Numbered from the stretch's first letter, positions 41,301-55,334 are shown. The stretch is DNA of 64,000 bases from Welwitschia mirabilis (GCA_051453625.1 JBOZIK010000001.1:39284609-39348608), one strand, 5' to 3'. Translations and numbers: made by a program. The notes: generated by a model from the sequence alone, not told the origin.

Positions 41301-41798
41301 TTTTATTATTCTAAGTGTTATACAATATTTCCTTGTATATTTCTTTGTAGATTACATAGCTTTACTAAAGTAATCAAAAACAAAAGTTATGCAAAGTACT
41401 TATGTTTGTATTATAAATTCATCCACAGATGAAAAAATCCTTAACATGAAATAACTACTTAAAACTAAATGGTTCATCTTCAAGAAAGTAAATAATACTA
41501 ATTTTTAAAAAAAAAGTTTTTTCAATTTAAAATAAAACAAATTGAAGCTAAAGTATTAAGGCACTTAAAAAAAGGGAGTGATAATGACTTTTAAAATGTT
41601 ATCATTCTACTATTTTCTAAAGTAAAATAAAAAAAGAAACAATTAACTTTGGTTATTGAAGATGATGAAATAGGAGATGAAAGACAAAATTAGAGNNNNN
41701 NNNNNNNNNNNNNNNNNNNNNNNNNNNNNNNNNNNNNNNNNNNNNNNNNNNNNNNNNNNNNNNNNNNNNNNNNNNNNNNNNNNNNNNNNNNNNNNAAT

Positions 41799-42755
41799 AT
41801 TAATAAAGTGTTACTATAAAGTGTGAAGATAAACAAGCTTTATGAAAATGAGGGTTTTACTCCTCATGAAAAATTAATGTTGGATATAAAAGATGTTAAA
41901 CATGTTGATTTTCATGCATTTTACATAAATTATAGGTACCTGGCTATACTTTATGTCATAATGATGTACCCAAAATATCTCATAGCAAACTACTCACCCA
42001 TAATAAAATAACAAAATCACTTAATAAAGAATGATAACTAGATACTTTAGTAGCACTTTAGTGAAACATAGTTTTAGATTACTCATCTTAAGAGGAGGAA
42101 TAATTAGATCTCTTAAGAGAGGGATGAAAAAGAAAAAATTCTTTATGAATCATGAAACATCATTAAGAAGCTTTATGCCAAACTCAAGAAGCTTTACTAA
42201 ATTCAAATCTTGAAATAAGCAGAGCCACCTAAGAAACTTATAAAAACTACTAAAGAAGCTATCGAACTAGAAGCTATTATCAAATCAGCCATTATAGGAA
42301 GTAATGCCAAAGTAGGTTTAGAATTCAAAATGGAATAACTACTAAAATCTAAGATGTAAAATTTTATTATTCTAAGTATTATACAATATTTCCTTGTATA
42401 TTTCTTTGTATATTACATCGCTTTACTAAAGTAATCAAAGACAAAAGTTATGCAAAGTACTTATGTTTGTATTATAACTTCATCCACAGATGAAAAAATC
42501 CTTAACATGAAATAACTACTTAAAAATAAATGGGTCATCTTTAAGAAAGTAAATAATACTAATTTTTAAAAAAATCTTTTTCAATTTAAAATAAAACAAA
42601 TTGAAGCTAAAGCATTAAGGCACTTAAAAAAAGGGAGTGATAAAGACTTTTAAAATGTTATCATTCTACTATTTTCTAAAGTAAAATAAAAAAAGAAACA
42701 ATTAACTTTGGTTATTAAAGATGATGAAATAGAAGATGAAAGACAAAATTAGAGA
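41799..42755 (+). repeat. Gap-flanking duplicate of ~40739-41695
   Basis: Colinear near-identical copy across an N gap; duplicated ORFs 40970-41152 and 42031-42213. Confidence 0.9.
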
Positions 42756-42855
42756 TATTAAGAGCTAGAAAGATGAAGACAAAACAAATCTAGATAAATC
42801 AAAAAATCAAAGAAAAGTTTAAAAATTGTGAAGCAAGTTAAAATTAAAGGGGAGT

Positions 42856-43095
42856 ATTAGAAAGTTAATATAATTCACTCAAAAGAATTGTTAGCCTAAC
42901 AACAAAACATAAAACTGATTATAGGACCTTTTAATAACCTTAGAATACAAGACTAGCATCTCAATAGTAATTGTAGGATCTTCTAGTTGATTTAGGATTG
43001 TACACTAGCATCTTATACTAATTGAAGGACCATTTAGTCACTCTAAAAGATAACATTAATGTTGTTTATTAACTATAGAATATTTTAATTACTTT
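42856..43095 (+). repeat. LTR-like region with ~51-bp subrepeats; continues at 54995-55260 beyond the SIRE insertion
   Basis: Follows a PPT-like tract; units tagaata..actagcatc...aattgtaggacc lie on both sides of the 43096-54994 element. Confidence 0.6.
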
Positions 43096-44363
43096 TAAAA
43101 AATTATGGATCAACCCTAGAGGTGGGGTGAATAGGTCATAAGAAAAATATTCGTTCACTTCAACTACTTGCAAATAAAAGTCAAACACACCACCAAAAAT
43201 CACAGAATATTTTAATGGTGGATAGACACCATCCTTCAGCTCTTAGACCACCTATCTCCAGCTGGTATAACTTAACCTCAAAGGTTGGTTTTCAGGCTTA
43301 CCAGAAACCTATACATTCACTAGAGGATTTTGGGACTAATCCACAACCACGAAGAAAAGTATATAAATAAAAATGCATAGTTATGCTCTACGTGAACAAG
43401 AACTACAGCAAGCTCTTACAAGTAATGGTATAAACAGAAGCTCCCAAAAGAAATCTGAACTCACAGTCGTTTAAGTACAAAATGGTTGATGTAATAGTTT
43501 AATGATGAAAGAGGTAACCTTCACTTTAGAAGAGAAGGTACTTAAATAAAGTAGCCACAAAAGTTAGTCATTTGAAGATAAGAAGCAGACCATTGTAATG
43601 GATTCCACACTTTTTGATGAACTATGAAAGTATAACGATTATATTTGTAATACATTGGATTAACCTCAAAATACACACAATCACCCTAGTATTTAGTCAC
43701 CCTTTTTCATTTTGTTCGGTTACCCTTTCTTGATTCAGATTTGTCAGTTTATTAAATAAGAACATTTAGTCGCCCTTCAATAATTCATTCAGTTGTCCTT
43801 TTTTGATAGAGATTTATTAGTCTATTGTATAGGAATATTTGGTTGCCCTTCAATAAATATGGGGTCCATCTTATTTAGATCACCCAAACTTGAGATAATG
43901 GTCGACCTACTTATGATTATTTTTGAGTAGTATGTTCTTGCCCTTAAGTAAATACTCAGTCACCCTTACTGTCAGTAGACTGAAATTTTCATGTTACAAT
44001 TTGATCGCCCTTTAGCATAAGATCGATTGCTCGTTTTTATTATAGTCTGCAATAGATTTGAAAGTGAGTCACCCTTTGCAACATGTATGGTCACCCATGC
44101 TGGGATCAGTCTTCATCTGATTAACAGTTTGGTTGTCCTATCTTGGAAGCTCGGTCACCCTATACTAAAGTAGTTTTACCTTATTAACAATCTAGTTACC
44201 TTATGAATTTCATATGGTTGCCTACTAGGTGTTTAATATATGTTTTTATAATAGGTTGATCACCCAGATTTATATAATAGTTGCCTGGTACTGGAAAATT
44301 TCTATACAATAACTAACTCCATAAAAACTCATTAATTTGATCAATGATAATAGGTTCTCAATA
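43096..44363 (-). repeat. 3' LTR (~1.27 kb) with ggtcaccc/ggtcgacc subrepeats
   Basis: Colinear with 53738-54994; a further partial copy lies at ~46007-46737. Confidence 0.9.
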
Positions 44364-44685
44364 AACTTCCCCTTTGTTATTGATTTAGAAAAAAACATTA
44401 TTTTAACATGCAGGCTCCCCCTTAATTAAATAAATTTGCAATCAAGTTAAATTAACACGAGTTTTGCATGTTAAAAAAATTTCACAAGAGAGATTTTCAT
44501 TAGTTAAAAAAAATCGTATTAATTAAAATATTTGAATTACAACTAAAGGAATACATTTTACATTGATGCTCATAAAAGTTCATATGAAAAAAAATACAAA
44601 GGGTTCTCCCCCTTTTTGATGAAATCAAGGACAGTGAGTACAACGAGGATGAGAGAAGTAAAAGACTCAATCAGACTCCGATCCT

Positions 44686-47600
44686 TTAGAAGACTGGGCA
44701 CCCTTGCTTTGAGTCAGCTACTGGAGTACCACTAATGATGAGAGTAGCCTTAATATGCTGAGTATGAGAATCTAGATGACGCAAAACATGAAGAATCTCT
44801 AGAGTATGAGAGGCCTTGACCTTGGGCCTGGAAGGAGTAGCAGGCTCCTCAAAAATGTGCTTCCTGGAAAGCGTGGCATAATAAATGGTCTCCATGAGCT
44901 CTAAAACTCCTGCTGTATAAGATGAGGAATATTAAAGTGCCAACAAATCCATGTGATAAGAAAGGGGCATAATAGGGAGTGATTCTTATGAGGCTGAAGC
45001 TGATTTGTCATGTGCTTAAGCATAATGCTAGGAGCATCGATGTCATTTCTTTGATCCAATGAATATAGAAGGAAGATTTAGTAGTTGGAGAGTTATCTTT
45101 GTGTCGAACAATAGAAATGGAATTGTATGACAAAATTAGATACAAAAGACGAAACCTGGGAAGAATTTAAGAGTCTTTGAGGGTCTTCTTCTAGGTAAGA
45201 GCAGTGCTACACACATGTTAAATTGCAGCTTTCTTTACTTTAAAGGATTTAGCCATGGGTCAATATTATTCTATGTTTTCTTAAGATATCCTAATGAGGG
45301 AAGCTACAAGATTACAGTTATGTGCATCTCATGGTCAAATATAGTGGTAATAAAAGTGGAGTGGACAACATTAAATCTAGCATTTAAATAAAATAAACAA
45401 GTGACTAGAGGATAATACATGCCTGAGACATGGAGGAAGTAACTTCAGTTCACTTCCTCAAGAAGAGTTTGGATCTCTCTCTCAGATCAAGGAACCGCAT
45501 AGGTTTACAAATCCTCTCCCAAGCAATGGAGCTATACTCAAAATGTGTTTCAAAGTATTCTATTTACTTTAATCTCATTCTGGAAAAGATGTAGCTAGGA
45601 GGTTTAATAATAGGATTCTTTCTTCTCTTCCTAAAACACTCTCTTGACTGCTGAGANNNNNNNNNNGAAAAGGAAAAGAGTGGGCCACAGGAGCTGAGGA
45701 AAATGATAAAAAAGGAAATAAATAAATGAGGGTTTGAAAAGGGGCAAGCAGATTTAGAAATCTGTGGTGCACCACCTTAAACATGAGTGATTTATCGATA
45801 AGGTCATTCAACTCATGTAAAAATTTTTAAAATTTGAATAGTAAGGTTGTGGTTGACTATAAATTACAAGCGGTTGACCCTGCAAGAGGGAGATTGATAA
45901 TAGAANNNNNNNNNNNNNNNNNNNNNNNNNNNNNNNNNNNNNNNNNNNNNNNNNNNNNNNNNNNNNNNNNNNNNNNNNNNNNNNNNNNNNNNNNNNNNNN
46001 NNNNNGAACTATGAAAGTATAATGGTTATATTTGTACTACGTTGGGTCAACCTCAAAATACACACAGTCATCCTAGTATTCAGTCGTCCTTTTTCATTTC
46101 GTTCGATCATCCTTTCTTGATTCAGATTTATCAGTTTATTAAATAGGAACATTCAGTCTTCCTTCAATAATTCGTTTAGTTGTTCTTTCTTGGTATAGAT
46201 TTATTAGTCTGTTGTATAGAAATATTTGGTTGCCCTTCAATAAATATGGGGTCGATCTTATTTAGATCATCCAAACTTGAGATACCGGTCGATCTACTTA
46301 CGATCATTTCTGGGTAGTATGTTGTCACCCTTAAGTAAACACTCAGTCGCCCTTACTATCAGTAGACTGAAATTTCCATATTACAATTTGATTGCCCTTT
46401 AGCATAAGATCGATTACCCTTGATTACCCGTTTTTATCTTAGTCTACAATAGATTTGAAAGTGAGTCATCCTTTGTAACATGTATGGTCGCCCGTGCTGG
46501 GACCGGTCTTCATCTAATTAACAGTTTCGTCATCCTATCTTAGAAGCTTGGTCACCCTATACTGAAGCAGTTTTACCTTACTAACAATCTAGTTACCCTA
46601 TTAATTTCATACGATTGCCTACTAAATAGGTCAGTCACCGGATTTATATAGTGGTCGCGTGGTTATGGAAAAGTTCTATACAATAACTAACTCCACCAAA
46701 ACTTATTAATTTGATCAATGATAATAGGTTCTCAATAAACTTCCCCTTTGTTATTAATTGAAGAAAAACATTGTTTTAACATGTAGGATTCCCCTTACTC
46801 AAATAAATTTTCAATTAAGTTAAATTAACACGAGTTTTATAGCTTAAAAAATTTCACAAGAGAGATTTTCATTAGTATAAAAAAATTGTATTAATTAAAA
46901 TATTTGAATTACAACTAAAGAAATATATTTTACATTGACACTCAGAAAAGTTCATATGACAAAAAAATACAAAGTATTCTCCCCCTTTTTGATGAAATCA
47001 AGGATAGGAAGTACAACAAGGACGAGAGAAGTAAAAGACTCAATCAAACTCCGATCCTTTAGAAGACTGGACACCCTTCCTTTGAGTCAGCTACTTGAGT
47101 ATCACTAACGATGAGAGTAGCCTTGATATGCTAAGTATGAGAATCAAGTCAATGCAAAATATGAAGGATTTTTGGAGTGTGAGAGGACTTAATTTTGGGC
47201 CTGGATAGAGCAGCAAACTCGTCAAATATATGCATCCTACAAAGAGTGGCACAGCCAATGGGCCCCATGGACTTCTAAATCTCCTGTCGAGTAAGATGAG
47301 GAATGTCAAATTGCCAAAAAATCTATGTTATAAAAATAATACATTAGAAAGCACCTCTTGTGAGGCTGAAGCTGATTTTCCATGTGCTTTAGCATAATGC
47401 CAGACGCATCAATGTCACATCTCAAATTCAATGAGTAAAGAAGGAAGACCCAATAGTTGGAGAGTTTATCTCTGTGCTCAGCAACGGGAAGGAAATTATA
47501 GGACAAAATTAAGTGCAAAAGCCAAAACTTGGGAAGAAGTTCCAAGGCTTTGAAGGTCTTCTTCCAGTGAGAGCAGTGCCATACACAATGCTGAGTGGTA

Positions 47601-48740
47601 ATGTCCTTTTCTTCAAGGAACTCAGCTATGGGCTAATATTCTTCCATGTTTCCTTGAGGAAGCCTAGTGAGGGAAGCTATCAAGCCAATAGTTATGTGCA
47701 TCTTATGGCCATAAACAAAGGTAATAAAAGTGGAGTAAACAACATCAAATCTAGCATTTGAATAGAATAATCGAGTGATTAAAGGATAACATGTACCTGA
47801 AACATGANNNNNNNNNNNNNNNNNNNNNNNNNNNNNNNNNNNNNNNNNNNNNNNNNNNNNNNNNNNNNNNNNNNNNNNNNNNNNNNNNNNNNNNNNNNNN
47901 NNNNNNNTCTTGTGAGGCTGAAGCTGATTTTCCATGTGCTTTAGCATAATGTTAGAAGCATCAATATCACATCTCCCATCTAATAAGTAGAGAAGAAAGA
48001 CCCAATAGTTAGAGAGTTTATCTTTGTGCTCAACAATAGGAAGAAAACTGTAGGACAAAATTGAGTGCAAAAGTTAAAACTTGGGAAGAAGTTATAAGGC
48101 TTTGAAGGTCTTCTTCTAGTGAGAGCAATGTCATGCACATGCTAAGTGGTAATGTTCTTTTCTTCAAGGAACTCAACCATGGGCCAATATTCTCCCATGT
48201 TTTCTTGAGGAAGCCCAGTGAGGAAAGTTATCAGATTAGTAGTTATGTGTATCTCATGGCCATAAACAAAGGTAATAAAAGTGGAGTGGACAACATCAAA
48301 TCTAGCATTTGAATAGAATAATTAAGTGATTAAAGGATAACACGTGCCTGAAACATGAAGAAAGTAACTCAGTTTACTTTTTCAAGAAGGGTCTAGACCT
48401 CCTTCAGACTAAGGAACTACACAGGTTCGCACGTCCTCTTCAAAGTAATAGAGCTAGACTCAAAGTGCTTTTCAAAATACTCTATTTGATCTAACCTCAT
48501 TCTTGAAAAGATGTAACTAGGAGGTTTGAGAGCAGATTTTTTTCTTCTCTTCTTAGAACACTCTCCTGACTATTGAGAAGCCATTTAAAGACTAGATCTA
48601 AAGAAAAAAAGTGGGAAAGGTGAAGAGTGGGCCACAGGAGCTGAGAAAAATAATAAGAGAGGAAAAGATAAGTGAGGATTTGATAAGAGGTGGAAGGATT
48701 TAAAAATCCACAGTGCACCATATTACATGCGGGCAACCGA
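44686..48740 (-). pseudogene. env-like ORF remnants, present as three overlapping diverged copies separated by gaps
   Basis: LLPKFWLLHLILSYNFLPVAEHRDKLSNYWVFLLYSL...IDASGIMLKHM, located between pol and the 3' LTR; copies at ~44690-45800, ~47060-47806 and ~47908-48740. Confidence 0.7.
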
Positions 48741-49189
48741 TCATCTTGACTTGTGTTTTTAAAATTTGAAATGTAATGTAGTAGTTAACCGTAAATTACG
48801 AGCAGTCGATCCTGCAAGAGAAATATTTTATAGGAAAAACTGAAACAAAGTCAGTCGACCTGAAGACAACAAGTGGTCAAACTGATCTAACCAGAAAAGA
48901 ATCTTAATGAGGTTAATCTTAGAATAAATGGTGGTCAATCCATTAATGAGAAGATTTAACAGTAGATATTAAGACAAATCTGATCGACCCAAAGATATGA
49001 TTTAGTCAACCCAGAGTAAAAAAATAAGTTTAACAAAAAAAACTGAAAGGCAAATGGTCACCCCACTTTACTGAGGAAGTCAACAGGGTTCAATTTGATA
49101 TAACAAAGAAAGTTTTGAACCCTATCAACTAAACTCTATTATTCGGTTGAGGCTAGGTTTTTCAGGTCTTTTTCAGAGATGATACCAGA

Positions 49190-52100
49190 AAGTTACAAAG
49201 TATATTAAAGCGATTAGATGATAAAGGTTTTGTAAAAATATCATCCAATTGATCTTGAGTACAAACATATTCTAGTATAATAAATTTTCTTTTTACCAAG
49301 TCTCGGATAAAGTGATACTTCAGATTGATGTGATTTGTGTATGTTAAACTAGGCTATGAGTGATTTGAATGATACATGAGGATTCACATAGAATAGGAAC
49401 TTTTGTGATGTTGAGGCTATAGTCTTTTAAAGTTTATTTCATCCATAGCATCTGAGTGCAGCAAGCTCCAATAGCTGTGTATTCAGCTTTGGCTATGGAG
49501 AGAGATATGGAGCATTGTTTCTTGTTGTACCAAGCTGTGAAGTAATTTTCAAAGAAGAAACATCCACCACTTATACTCTTTCAACATCTTTGTAGGTAGC
49601 CCAATTCACATCAATATAACCTATTAAGATTAAAGGAGTATTACTTGAATACCATAAACTAAAATCAAGAGTACCTTTTACATAGCAAAGTATCCTCTTT
49701 ACAGTAATAAGATAAGATTCCTTTGGTTTACTTTGATACCTGGCACACAAACCAACACTAAATACTATTTCAAGACAACTAGTTGTTAGATACAAGAGAC
49801 TTCTAATAATGCTATGATATAACTTTTGATCCACATTCTTTCCTTCTTCATAAAGGAAAAAAATTTTGATGTTCATGGCCATTGGAGAGTCCATACACTT
49901 AGCATTTTTAAGTTTGAGTCTTTTGATTAGATCTAAAAAGTATTTCTTTTGACTTATGAAGATACCATCTTCACGTTGTTGGATTAATAGGCCTAAAAAC
50001 ATGTTAACCGGTTCAACCATACTTACTTCAAACTCAGAACTCATCAGATTTATAAAATCATTTGATAATCTTTCATTATTGATCTAAAAAAATAATGTCA
50101 TCCACATATATTTAAACCAAAATTAAATCATCATTTAATAATTTTCTAAATAAAGTTCTGTCAATGAAGCCTCTAGTAAAAATGCTAAAGCAAAAAAGAG
50201 GAAATCTTTTCATACCATGCTCTCAGAGTTTGTTTTAACCCATATAAAGCCTTATTAAGTTTGTATACATAATTTGGTTTATAAGGATTAGCAAAGCATT
50301 ATGGTCATTTCACATAAACTTCTTCCTAAATGTGTCCATTTAGAAAGGCACTCTTTACATCCATTTGAAAAACTTTAATTTTCTTGTAGCAAGGAAAAGC
50401 TAGAAACATCTTTATAGACCCTAGTCTAACAATAGAAGCAAATGTGTTATCACAATCTACTCCTTCTATTTGAGAGTATCCTTGAGCTACAAGTCTAGCT
50501 TTATTCTTTGTAATCTTATTCTTTTCATTTACTTTATTTCTAAAAATCTATTTGTGCCTATAACATTTTGCCTGATTGGTTTAGGAACAAGAGACCACAC
50601 CTAATTTTGAGAAAATTATTCAAGTTCTTTTTGCATTGCATTCATCCAATAAAGATCAGATTCAACATCCTCAAAGATTCTTGATTCCACCTGAGATAAT
50701 AGAGAAATATGAGTACTAAAATTTTTAAGAGATTTCCTAGTGACAATACCTTATTGAATATTTCCAATGATTGAGTCCAAAGAATGATCCTTGAGTTCTT
50801 TGATTTCTAGTATTGTTTTATCACTTGAGTCGTCTCTATTATGGTAGAAAGAGGAAGGAACTAAATCTTCATTAGGTTCAAAGGATTTTGAGGTATCAAG
50901 AACATCATAAATTTTCACATTCATAGATTATTCCATATGAAGAGTGAGTTTGTTAAACACTCTATAAGCTCTACTTGATTGAGAGCACCCTAAGAAAATT
51001 CCTTCATCAGATTTAGAGTCAAATTTAGCTAGATCCTCTCTATCTCTCAGAATAAAGCACTTACTTCCAAAGTTTCTTATTTGGGCTCTTCTATTTCCAA
51101 AGTTCGTAAGGAGTTTTAGAAGTTCTAGGTCTTAAATAAACTCTGTTTGAAATATGACTTACTGTGTTCACTACTTTAGCCAAAATATTTTTAGAATTTC
51201 TTTGTCATTTAACATGACTCTTGTCATATCTAAAAGTGTTCAATTTTTTCTTTCATCTATTCCATTTTGTTGAGGAGTCTTTAGAGCTAATAATTCATGG
51301 TCAATTTCATTTGAGTTACAATAATATTTGAATCTTTCATTTTCAAACCCTCTACAATGATCACTTCAAATCTTCTTAATTACATATTCCTTTTTAGTTT
51401 GGAGTTTCTTACAAATTCTAATAAAGTTATCATAAGCATTAGATTTAGCATGAAGAAAGGCTGCCAAGAAAATCTAGAAAAATCATTAATCATAACTAAA
51501 AAATATCTTTTTCTAGATAAGCTTGTTGTTTGAATAGGGTCAACTAAATTCAAATGAATTAAATCTAATGACTTGCTAGTAGTAATATCACTAATTCTTT
51601 TATGAGAATCTCTAGTTTGTTTTCCTTTTTGGCAAGCATTACATAGGCCTTTGTAAGTAATAGAAAGTTTTCAGACACCTCTAACAATATCATCATGACA
51701 TGTTTTCTTCAAAATTTCAAAGCTAATGTGACCTAAACATTGATGCTAGATAACGTCTTCTTAAACATGAGAAGAGAGATAAATAGAATTGCTTAACTGA
51801 TTTACACAATAAACATTTTCATATCTAGTTGCTACAAGTAATAGCTGATTCGTTTTACCATGTTTTACTGTACACTTGTTTTCATCAAACGATATTTTAT
51901 GACCTTCAAATTTGACTAATGTTTAACAGATTATGCTTTAAGCCATTTATAAATAATGCATTATGAATATTAGGTAAATTACCTCCACCAATTGCTTCCA
52001 ATTACTTCAATTCAAGCTCTTCCATTATCGTCAAGTGTTACTTCTTCTTTATCATATTTCTTGAATTTGATGAAGTTGGACTTATCACCTATTATATATT

Positions 52101-53672
52101 TAGAGAAACCACTATCAAGATACTAGTACGAATGATTAGTTACTTTTAAAAAGCCATTTGAATTAATAGGCTTTTGTCTGAGAATTTTGGAATTCACCTC
52201 ATGCATTTGTTTTTGTTTGAATTTTAATTAGACTTTGGAGAGAAGATAAACTTAGAACCTAGCATGGATGATAAAACCAAGTTTTGCACAACATATAATC
52301 AATCCTCAAGTAACTCTTTTTATTGCAATAATGGTAGGTAATGTTTTCCAAAGAGTATTTGAAATTTACTTTAGATAAGAGATAAGAAACATGATAAGTA
52401 TTAAAAAAACTAAAAGAATGTTTACTAGATAAAGTCCCTTTAAACAGTGATGAATTTGAGTCAAGTTTGTTTTTTAAATCTCTAATTTTCCTTTCTCTAG
52501 ACTCTAGCTTATCTAATAGATTTTTGTTTTTTCCTTAAGATTGTTTACTCTAAGAGCCAGATTTTGACATTCCATATAGAGTTCCACTTCTATTTCACTG
52601 AGCGAATCATTACTATCAAAAGAATTAATGGTGAGTGAGGATCATATCTTTTCATCTATAAAAGCCATAAGAGAAATTCCACCTCACTCTAAATTTGAGT
52701 TCTATTCGCTCTCACTTTCTTTGTCATTCCATGTTACTGACAGGACTTTCTTCCCTTTTCTTTTATCATTTTTTTTTATTGTTTGGGCAAACATTTAACG
52801 TGTGACTAAAATCTTTATAAAAGTAGCATTGGATATCTCGTCGTCCCTTCTATTTTCTTTTTAGCAGTCTCCTAGATTGATCTCCATTTTGCCTTTGCTA
52901 CATGAAGCACCTGAATCTTCTGGCTAAAAGAGCCACTTCATCTTTACTTTCTAGTTCTTGATCAGATCCTTCCTTGATATCATGGTTCTCATGAGTAGCT
53001 GTCAATGCTATACTTTTATTCTTCTGCTTTCCCAATTTTAGTTCAAATATGTGAAGTTTTCCTTAGAGCTCATCCATCTTCATGATATTCAGGTCCTTTC
53101 TTTCTTTGATGGTCATTGCTTTGGACTTAAATCTCTTAGGCATGGATCTTAATGCTTTGCGTATTACTCTTGACTCCTCAATAATTTCACCTAGGCCACA
53201 TATAGAATTAACAATATCTATTAGTTTTATGAAAAAATCATTTATACCTTTATCTTCTTCCATCTTGAGATCTTTAAACTGAGTGATGAGCATCTGAAGC
53301 TTAGCCTACTTCACTAGGCTAGTTCCTTCATGAGTGGTCTGCAAGATATTCCATGCTTCTTTTACCATGGTGCAATTTAATACTTGTTTGAGATCTTCTA
53401 GATTTATGGCATAGAAGATGGCATTCAGTCCTTTGAAATTGCAAGATGCTACTGATTAATCTTCAGGTGTCCACTTCTCTTTGCTCTTTAGAGTAGTTAT
53501 CTTGGTTATAGGATCCTGCACAATAGGAAGATAATAGCCTTAGTGATAGATTACTATATTTTAATGTTAATGATTGAACAAAAACCCTTATTTTTGCCTT
53601 TCAATAACCATACTTGGTTCCATCAAAGAAGGGAGGCCTTATGACAGAATTTCCTTTTGAGGGCTGACTCAT
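49190..53672 (-). pseudogene. gag-pol: SIRE-type gag-pol pseudogene
   Basis: ATG at 53672: MSQPSKGNSVIRPPFFDGTKYGY*K; UBN2-type gag ORF 53063-53293; knuckle IQCYFYKDFSHTLNVCP (~52785-52835); *YLDSGFSKYIIGD protease (~52081-52126); TPQQNG integrase (~51262-51280); RT ORF 49571-50044; DQLDDIFTKPL RNase H (~49222-49255). Confidence 0.92.
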
Positions 53673-53737
53673 TTTCTAGGGTTGATTGGAGCAGAGATCT
53701 ATTAGGATCTATTTCTTAACCTTGCTCTGATACTAAT

Positions 53738-54994
53738 TGGAAAATATGGATTGATCCTGGGAGGGTGAATAGGTCATAAGAAAAATATTCATCCACTTCA
53801 AATACCTGTAAATAAAAGTCAAACACACCACTAAAAATCATAGAATATTTTAATGGTAAATAGACATCACCCTTCAGCTCTCAAACCACTTGTCTCTAGC
53901 TAGTATAGATTAACTTTAAAGGTTGGTTTTTAGACTTACCATAAACCTATACACTTACCAGAGGATTTTGGAGCTGATTCATAACCATGAAGGAAAGTAT
54001 ATAAGCAAAGTGCATAAATGCATAGTTATGCTCCTTATAGGAACAAGAGCTACAACAAGCCCTTAGAAGTAATGGTACAAAAGAAGCTCCTAAAAGTAAT
54101 CTAAACTCATGGTCATTCAAGTACAGAATGATTGATGTAATAGTTCAATGTCAAAAGAAGTGACCTTCGTTTAGAAGGGAAGGTAATTAAATAGAGTAGC
54201 CACAAAAGTTAGCCATTTGAAGATAAGAAGCAGACCATTGTAATGGATTCTACACTTTTTGATAAACTACGAAAGTATAACAGTTATGTTTGTAATACAT
54301 TGGATCAACCTCAAAATACGCACAGTCGCCTTAGTATTCGGTTGGCCTTTTTCATTTCATTCGATCACTCTTTCTTGATTTATATTTATTAGTTTATTAA
54401 ATAGAAACATTTGGTTGCCCTTTAATAATTCATTTGATTGCCCTTTCTTAATGTAGATTTGTCAGTTTTTTGTATAGGAACATTTATTGTTGACCTTATT
54501 TAGGCTATCAAAACTTAAGATTTCAGTCGACCTACTTACGATTATTTCTGGGCAGTATGCGTTTCCCTTAACTAAACACTCGATCACCCTTACTGTCAGT
54601 AGATTGAAATTTCCAGATTATAGTTTCGACACCCTTTAGCATAAGATTGGTCACCTGCTTTTGTCTTAGTTTGCAATATATTTGAAAGTCAGTCGTCCTT
54701 TGCAACATGCATGATCACCCATGCATGTTACCGGTCTTCATCTGATTAACAGTTCAGTCACCCTATCTTAGAAGCTCAGTCGCTCTATATTGAAGCAATT
54801 TTATCTTACTAACAGTCCGGTCACCTTATTAATTTCATACGGTCGCCCGCTANNNNNNNNNNGTTTAGTATATGTTTTTGTAATAGGTCAATCGTTTGGA
54901 TTTATATAGTGATTGCCCAGTGCTAGAAATCTCTGCACAATAACTAACTCCACAAAAAATTGTTAATTTGATCAATGATAATAAGTTCTTAACA
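53738..54994 (-). repeat. 5' LTR (~1.26 kb)
   Basis: Adjacent to the Met PBS; TG...CA termini; TSD outside. Confidence 0.9.
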
Positions 54995-55334
54995 ACTTTG
55001 AAATAAAATATTAGTGTCTTATAATAATCATCTAACCTTGTCATCAATTTGGAATAGAACACTAGTACCCCATTGTAGGACTCTCTAATCACTCTGAAAT
55101 AAGATAATAGCATCCTATACTGATTACAGGACCTTTTATCATTGTGGAATAAAACATTGACAACCTATACAAAAATGCAAGACCTTTTAATCACTATAGA
55201 ATAAATATTGACATCGATACTAGTTACAAGACTATCTTAATATCTTAAAATCAGAATAAACTTGTGCTTGTTAAATGAAAAGATATAAAAAGAAATTAAA
55301 TGCTCATCCCTAATTTTGAATCTACAATTTCTAA

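Larger units (their letters stand above)
43096..54994 (-). mobile_element. SIRE/Maximus-type Ty1/copia element with env-like ORF (decayed; interior partly duplicated across gaps)
   Basis: LTRs 53738-54994 (5') and 43096-44363 (3'); TSD ACTTT at 43091-43095 and 54995-54999; Met PBS gctctgatacta at 53724-53735; several PPTs (cccccttt-type tracts at ~44369, ~44417, ~44608); gag-pol and env-like remnants. Confidence 0.93.

Noticed and set aside
146..46022. ORFs containing long X runs (146-340, 3207-3464, 13884-14069, 45834-46022)
   Set aside because: They are open only because they read through N gaps.
46007..46737. Independent nested element or third LTR
   Set aside because: Starts at an N gap, has no own TSD, and is followed by the same PPT/env sequence; treated as a gap-flanking duplicate.
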